Assembly (NCBI GenBank): GCA_026396065.1
Contig: JAPLXO010000010.1
Coordinates: 59,058 to 112,109, forward strand
Origin: Candidatus Nomurabacteria bacterium
GTDB lineage: Bacteria; Patescibacteriota; Minisyncoccia; Phycocordibacterales; UBA9973
Length of the DNA: 53,052 nucleotides
Reading direction: 5' to 3'
Below are positions 48,599-53,052 of the stretch, piece by piece. Position numbers and translations under genes: made by a program. The notes below the pieces were generated by a model. It was not told where the DNA came from and did no database searches. It saw only the letters and a program-made list of their open reading frames with translations. Each line of letters opens with the position of its first letter. Positions within the stretch are counted from its first letter, which is position 1.

Positions 48599-49081
48599 AT
48601 GTTATTAAAATCAAAAAAAGCAGAAATAATAAAAGATTTGGAAGGTGCTATAAAAGGCTCTGAATCTGTAGTTTTTGTAAACTTTCATGGTTTAACTGCT
48701 CAAAACGAAACAATGTTACGACGCAGTTTACGTGATGGTGGAGTAAATTACAAAGTATCAAGAAAGACATTATTAAAGCGTGCTCTAGCTGGAAAAGCAG
48801 AAGGAGAAATCCCAGAGCTTTCCGGAGAAGTAGCTCTTGCTTATAGTACTGACATGATAGCTCCAGCTCGTGAAGTATATAACTTCGCAAAAACAAATAA
48901 AATCAGTCTGAACATTTTAGGTGGAATTTTTGAAAGTCATTTCGTTGACGCTCAAAAGATGATGACTATCGCTACTATTCCTCCACGAGAAGTTCTTCTT
49001 GCTCAATTTGTTAATCTTATCAATTCTCCTATACAACGCTTTGCTGTCGTATTGAATGCAATTGCTGAGAAAAAAAGTTAA
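48599..49081 (+). CDS. rplJ: 50S ribosomal protein L10
   Basis: FHGLT..LRRSL..VSRKTL, ILGG and IPPREVLLAQ motifs. Confidence 0.94.
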   Translation: MLLKSKKAEIIKDLEGAIKGSESVVFVNFHGLTAQNETMLRRSLRDGGVNYKVSRKTLLKRALAGKAEGEIPELSGEVALAYSTDMIAPAREVYNFAKTNKISLNILGGIFESHFVDAQKMMTIATIPPREVLLAQFVNLINSPIQRFAVVLNAIAEKKS

Positions 49082-49107
49082 TTATTAGAATTTAATTAAA
49101 AATTATT

Positions 49108-49470
49108 ATGGAAAAATTTAAAGATCTTATAGAAAAAATAGATAGTATGTCAGTATTAGATCTTCACGAGCTCGTGAAGGCATTAGAAGAAAAGTTCGGA
49201 GTATCTGCTGCAGCAGTTGCAGTAGCTGGTCCTGCTGCAGGCCCAGCGGCTGAAGAAAAGGATTCATTTACAGTTATGCTTACATCAGCTGGTGAACAAA
49301 AAATCGCAGTTATGAAAGTAGTAAAAGAAGCTCTAGGTCTAGGACTTAAAGAAGCTAAAGATTTAGTGGACGGTGCTCCAAGTAAATTAAAGGATGGAGT
49401 AAAGAAGGCTGAAGCTGACGAAATGAAAAAGAAAATCGAAGAAGCTGGTGGTAAAGTAGAACTTCAATAA
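49108..49470 (+). CDS. rplL: 50S ribosomal protein L7/L12
   Basis: [22 protein letters not shown] and EEAGGKVEL motifs. Confidence 0.97.
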   Translation: MEKFKDLIEKIDSMSVLDLHELVKALEEKFGVSAAAVAVAGPAAGPAAEEKDSFTVMLTSAGEQKIAVMKVVKEALGLGLKEAKDLVDGAPSKLKDGVKKAEADEMKKKIEEAGGKVELQ

Positions 49471-49491
49471 TTTGAAGATAAAAATACTTTA

Positions 49492-49524
49492 AAAAGCGCC
49501 CCGACGAAAGTCGGGGCGCTTTTG
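49492..49524 (+). terminator. Intrinsic terminator
   Basis: AAAAGCGCCCCGAC-GAAA-GTCGGGGCGCTTTT. Confidence 0.88.
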
Positions 49525-49580
49525 TTTTTAATGCTGAATAACCACTTGTCTTTTGTTTTAAAAACACTATAATAACGTTT

Positions 49581-50162
49581 ATGGAAATTCTTGGGAAAAT
49601 ATTAGGTAATCCGGCACGAGTAAAGATTATGCGCCTTTTTATGTTGAATAATTCTAATGTTTTTGAAAATAAAGACATAGTAAAAAGAAGCCGGGTTAAC
49701 CCAGAAACAGTGCGTAAAGAAATAAAACTTTTAGCTTCTGTCGGTTTTGTTAAAAGCAAAAAAACAGGTTGGAGTTTTAATCAATCTTTTAAATATGTTT
49801 CAGAATTTGAAAATCTTTTAGTCGGTGCTGATACGTTAGACAAAAATGCTATAGCTGAAATTTTCAAGAAATCTGGCAAGGTAAAGCTATTGGCCGTAGC
49901 TGGTACATTTATAAAAAATAAAGAAAGCCGTGTAGACCTATTAATAGTAGGAGATAAAATTAAAAAAACTATTGTAGAGGAGGGGATTAGAAAATTGGAA
50001 GCTGAGATGGGTTCCGAGATTTCATATGCTATTTTTGAGACTGCTGAATTCCTTTATCGTTTAAATATGTATGATAAATTGGTTCGCGACATACTTGACT
50101 TTCCACATGAAGTTGTTATTGAATCTAAAGAGTTATCCACACATTCTTTAAAAAAGAACTAG
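49581..50162 (+). CDS. Winged-HTH plus nucleotidyltransferase-like domain protein
   Basis: N-terminal ArsR-like RVKIMRLF and C-terminal GTF..SRVDLLIVGD. Confidence 0.7.
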   Translation: MEILGKILGNPARVKIMRLFMLNNSNVFENKDIVKRSRVNPETVRKEIKLLASVGFVKSKKTGWSFNQSFKYVSEFENLLVGADTLDKNAIAEIFKKSGKVKLLAVAGTFIKNKESRVDLLIVGDKIKKTIVEEGIRKLEAEMGSEISYAIFETAEFLYRLNMYDKLVRDILDFPHEVVIESKELSTHSLKKN

Positions 50163-50243
50163 AAATTGCTATAATCTAAATAGAGCTTTACAAGGTCGAA
50201 ACTTTAAAGTCTTTATTAATATTAGTTTAAGTAATTATAATTT

Positions 50244-50936
50244 ATGAGTAATATTTGGCTTACATGGGGTGACGTTTTTAATGCATCACTTCAAAGTTTA
50301 TGGTGGGGATTTATTCAATTCGCTCCAAAATTAATTTTGGCGATTGTATTTTTTATCATCGGTTGGGTTTTAGGTAATTTGGTTGCAAAGGCATTTGATA
50401 ATGTAATCGCTACTTTAAAACTTGATAGACTTTTTCAATCTATTGGTTTAGAAGGAATGCTTATGAAAATGGGCCTCAAGCTAAACGTTGGATATTTTAT
50501 TGGACAAATTGTAAAGTGGTTTATTTTAATCGCTTTCCTTTTGCCTTCATTATCTTTGATGGGTCTAGACACAGTTACATCTTTCTTGAAAGACGACGTC
50601 TTGGCATTTTTGCCTAGAGTAATAGTAGCTGCATTTATTCTTATTATTGCTACTGTAGTAGCTGAAGCTATTTCTCGAGCAATTTCAGGAGGTGCAAAGG
50701 CTATGAACTTACGTTCAGCTAATATGCTTGCTTCAATCGCTCGCTATGCTATTTGGATCTTTGCTTTCATTATTGCACTTGGTCAACTAGGAGTTGCACC
50801 AGCTTATATGCAAATAATGTTTACAGGGGTAGTAGGTATGCTTGCAATAGCCGGAGCTTTGGCTTTCGGTTTGGGTGGTAAGGATGCAGCAGCCCGACTT
50901 ATTGAAAATATTCGTAATGACACTCGCCACGAATAA
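50244..50936 (+). CDS. TM-helix repeat protein (CmpX/MscS-like)
   Basis: Repeated PKLILA/PRVIVA helices and ALAFGLGGKD. Confidence 0.82.
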   Translation: MSNIWLTWGDVFNASLQSLWWGFIQFAPKLILAIVFFIIGWVLGNLVAKAFDNVIATLKLDRLFQSIGLEGMLMKMGLKLNVGYFIGQIVKWFILIAFLLPSLSLMGLDTVTSFLKDDVLAFLPRVIVAAFILIIATVVAEAISRAISGGAKAMNLRSANMLASIARYAIWIFAFIIALGQLGVAPAYMQIMFTGVVGMLAIAGALAFGLGGKDAAARLIENIRNDTRHE

Positions 50937-50958
50937 CTAATTTAAAAAAGTTATTTTA

Positions 50959-50989
50959 AAATCAGCCCCGCCTTCGGCGGGGCTGATTT
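50959..50989 (+). terminator. Intrinsic terminator
   Basis: AAATCAGCCCCGCC..GCGGGGCTGATTT hairpin followed by a T-rich tract. Confidence 0.85.
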
Positions 50990-51045
50990 GTTTTTACCTC
51001 TGCATAACTAATTAGTCAAATTGTCTAGGGGCTGTATTGTTTTGC

Positions 51046-51092
51046 ACCCCCCCCCCAACCCCTCCCCATTTTTTATAAAAATAGAGAGGGGA
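51046..51092 (-). repeat. BoxC-like palindromic repeat, copy 6
   Basis: 51059-51091 matches the reverse complement of 22017-22049 at 32 of 33 nt. Confidence 0.88.
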
Positions 51093-51133
51093 GAATCTTG
51101 ACAATAAGTATTCATTTGTATATACTTTTGAAT

Positions 51134-51361
51134 ATGGATACAACAATATTAATTAAAACTAAAAAGGACATAAAATTACAAGCTCAAAGTTTAGCGCATG
51201 ATCTCGGGCTTTCTTTGGCTGATGTGGTGAATGCATCCTTGCGACAATTTGTGATAAATCAAGGTATCACTATTTCTAAATTGCCGACTGAAAGTATTGA
51301 TGCTTATATCAATAAAAAAGAAATTCTTTCTGCTTATGAGCAATCTCTAAAAGAATTTTAA
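51134..51361 (+). CDS. RelB/DinJ-like antitoxin
   Basis: RHH-like ILIKTKKDIK..LGLSLADVVNASLRQFV. ATG 7 nt after TTGACA-17bp-TATACT. Confidence 0.75.
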   Translation: MDTTILIKTKKDIKLQAQSLAHDLGLSLADVVNASLRQFVINQGITISKLPTESIDAYINKKEILSAYEQSLKEF

Positions 51362-51365
51362 ATTT

Positions 51366-51578
51366 ATGATTTTATTAAAGACAAAGAATTATAAGAAAAG
51401 TATAATTTCTTTACCAAAAAAAGATAAAGAACTTCTTTTGAAACAAGAAAAGTTTTTAATAAAAGATATATTTTCTTTTAGAATTACCAGAGCCTACAGA
51501 GGCATTTTTCGCTTAAATGGCGAAAATGTTATTTTATTTGCCATTGGCCATAGAAAGGATATTTACCAAAATCTATAG
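51366..51578 (+). CDS. RelE/ParE-like toxin, apparently internally deleted
   Basis: FSFRITRAYRGIF and AIGHRKDIY motifs. Only 70 aa. Confidence 0.7.
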   Translation: MILLKTKNYKKSIISLPKKDKELLLKQEKFLIKDIFSFRITRAYRGIFRLNGENVILFAIGHRKDIYQNL

Positions 51579-51718
51579 ATGTGCATAACTAATTAGCAAA
51601 AACCTTGCGGGGGGGGGGGTATACTTATCTGTAAGATATAGGAGTATAATACGCCTATATAAGTATCGGCAATTTATTAGGTTTATTAACATATTGAGAT
51701 CAATCTCAATACAAATTT

Positions 51719-52828
51719 ATGAAAAAAATATTAGTTAGTTTAATGGTTTTAGGTTTTATGTTTAGTTTTGCAGCGAATATTAGTGCCATGGGCGCTGATC
51801 ATGGTCAAGAAATTACTCCAGTTTTAATTACAAGAACTTTAATTGCTGGCCAAAAAGGTAACGATATAAAATATCTTCAACAACTTTTAATTCAAAAAGG
51901 TTTTCTCGTTGGTAATGCTGACGGAAGTTTTGGTCCAAAAACAAAATTAGCAGTTATGGCTTTCCAAAAAGCCAATAATCTTTTTGCTGATGGAAAATTT
52001 GGAATGAAATCTCGTGCATTCATACAACCTATTTCTTCAGAAAATTGTGGTTTCAATGGAGAGCTTTGTGCACAAAATAACCGTCCTTTAGTTTCTTGTT
52101 CTCCTACCAACCCAGCTTCAATAATAGTTACATCTCCAACAGCTGGACAAACTTTTAATCCAGGACAACATGTAAATGTTACATGGACAAATTGTAATAT
52201 ACCAACAAATACACATATTAGTATATTTTTGGATGGTTTTGAAAGTGCAAACAGTCCTTATGTATGGAATTCATTTGCTTCTACTGGTTCATATAATTGG
52301 ACTGTTCCAAGTAGACCAATGGCTAGTATTTCATCTTATGCTTTAGGTTTTAATGCAAATGGAGTTATTGGACATAGTGGTGCTTTTATAATAAATTCTA
52401 CTTCTGCAAATAATAATCGTTCAGCAGTTTCTACTTGTTTGCCGACAGACCCAGCTTCGGTACATTTAATTTATCCAAATGGAGTAGAAAGTTTCGATGT
52501 AAATCAAAACTTACCATCTCTTACTATAAAAATCTCTTGGTCAATGTGTAATATTCCTACACATCAAGCTAAGGTTGAACTTAAGCAGGGTTCACATACA
52601 TATCTATTTAATAGTAACAGTAATATAGTTCTTGATACTCCAGCAGCTGGGCCAAATGAATATGCTAATCTAGATGAAATAAATAATGCTTTATCAACAT
52701 TATCTTCATTAGGCTTTACATCAGGTGGTGGATATAAAATATTCATTACAGATAGTATGAACCCAACTCTTAATGATTCAAGTGATAATGCTTTTTCGAT
52801 TAATTTTGATTCTTTTATAAAATCTTAA
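51719..52828 (+). CDS. Secreted peptidoglycan-binding domain protein with two Ser/Thr-rich Ig-like modules
   Basis: Signal peptide, LQQLL..ADGSFGPKTKLAVMAFQ..ADG and repeated C-x-PT-x-PAS...P-x-G...W-x-x-CNIPT. Confidence 0.82.
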   Translation: MKKILVSLMVLGFMFSFAANISAMGADHGQEITPVLITRTLIAGQKGNDIKYLQQLLIQKGFLVGNADGSFGPKTKLAVMAFQKANNLFADGKFGMKSRAFIQPISSENCGFNGELCAQNNRPLVSCSPTNPASIIVTSPTAGQTFNPGQHVNVTWTNCNIPTNTHISIFLDGFESANSPYVWNSFASTGSYNWTVPSRPMASISSYALGFNANGVIGHSGAFIINSTSANNNRSAVSTCLPTDPASVHLIYPNGVESFDVNQNLPSLTIKISWSMCNIPTHQAKVELKQGSHTYLFNSNSNIVLDTPAAGPNEYANLDEINNALSTLSSLGFTSGGGYKIFITDSMNPTLNDSSDNAFSINFDSFIKS

Positions 52829-52848
52829 AAAGTATCATATAAAAATTT

Positions 52849-53052
52849 ATGCAAAACAAAAATACAATCGTCATAATTCTGTTAGTAATAATAATTTTAA
52901 TTCTTGGCTACGTGGCTTTTTTGAAACCACAAAATGCGAATAAAAATGATGTTAGTGATACGCAAATTCCTGTAACAAATATTCCAGTACAAAATCCTGT
53001 TGTTACAAATTCTCCACAAAATAATTTACCAGTAAATACAAATAATCCTGTT
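52849..53052 (+). CDS. Partial membrane-anchored protein (runs off the window)
   Basis: MQNKNTIVIILLVIIILILGYVAFLKP followed by a Pro/Asn/Thr-rich linker, open to the end of the window. Confidence 0.7.
   Translation, partial: MQNKNTIVIILLVIIILILGYVAFLKPQNANKNDVSDTQIPVTNIPVQNPVVTNSPQNNLPVNTNNPV

Noticed and set aside
1-53052. CRISPR array, rRNA, tmRNA, prophage, IS transposase, or recoded TGA
   Set aside because: None seen by eye. TGA terminates genes such as tatD and the FkbM methyltransferase, and long ORFs are intact under code 11.

Overview
AT-rich chromosomal segment (genetic code 11) of a Patescibacteria/CPR bacterium, most like Parcubacteria (inferred from gene content and style; no database search was run). 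Housekeeping genes: smpB, ftsH, recO, alpha2-type glyRS, metG, tatD, rpsF-ssb-rpsR, efp, recA, ftsK, rplJ-rplL. There is a tRNA-Ile with the rare UAU anticodon and a ThDP-enzyme/aldehyde dehydrogenase pair. A ~21 kb surface locus (27.3-48.3 kb) encodes an S-layer-like protein, two O-antigen-ligase/OTase-like proteins, a flippase, glycosyltransferases and neuBCA. Best candidate for a new system: a stand-alone retron-like reverse transcriptase (11654-13072, minus) with YVDN in place of YxDD, two insertions, its own promoter, a ~200 nt multi-hairpin leader (candidate msr-msd) and no evident effector gene. Second candidate: a DUF559 endonuclease gene bracketed by inverted BoxC-like palindromic repeats, with four more copies dispersed in the window. 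Many genes appear to be transcribed leaderless, so several start codons were moved relative to the ORF track.
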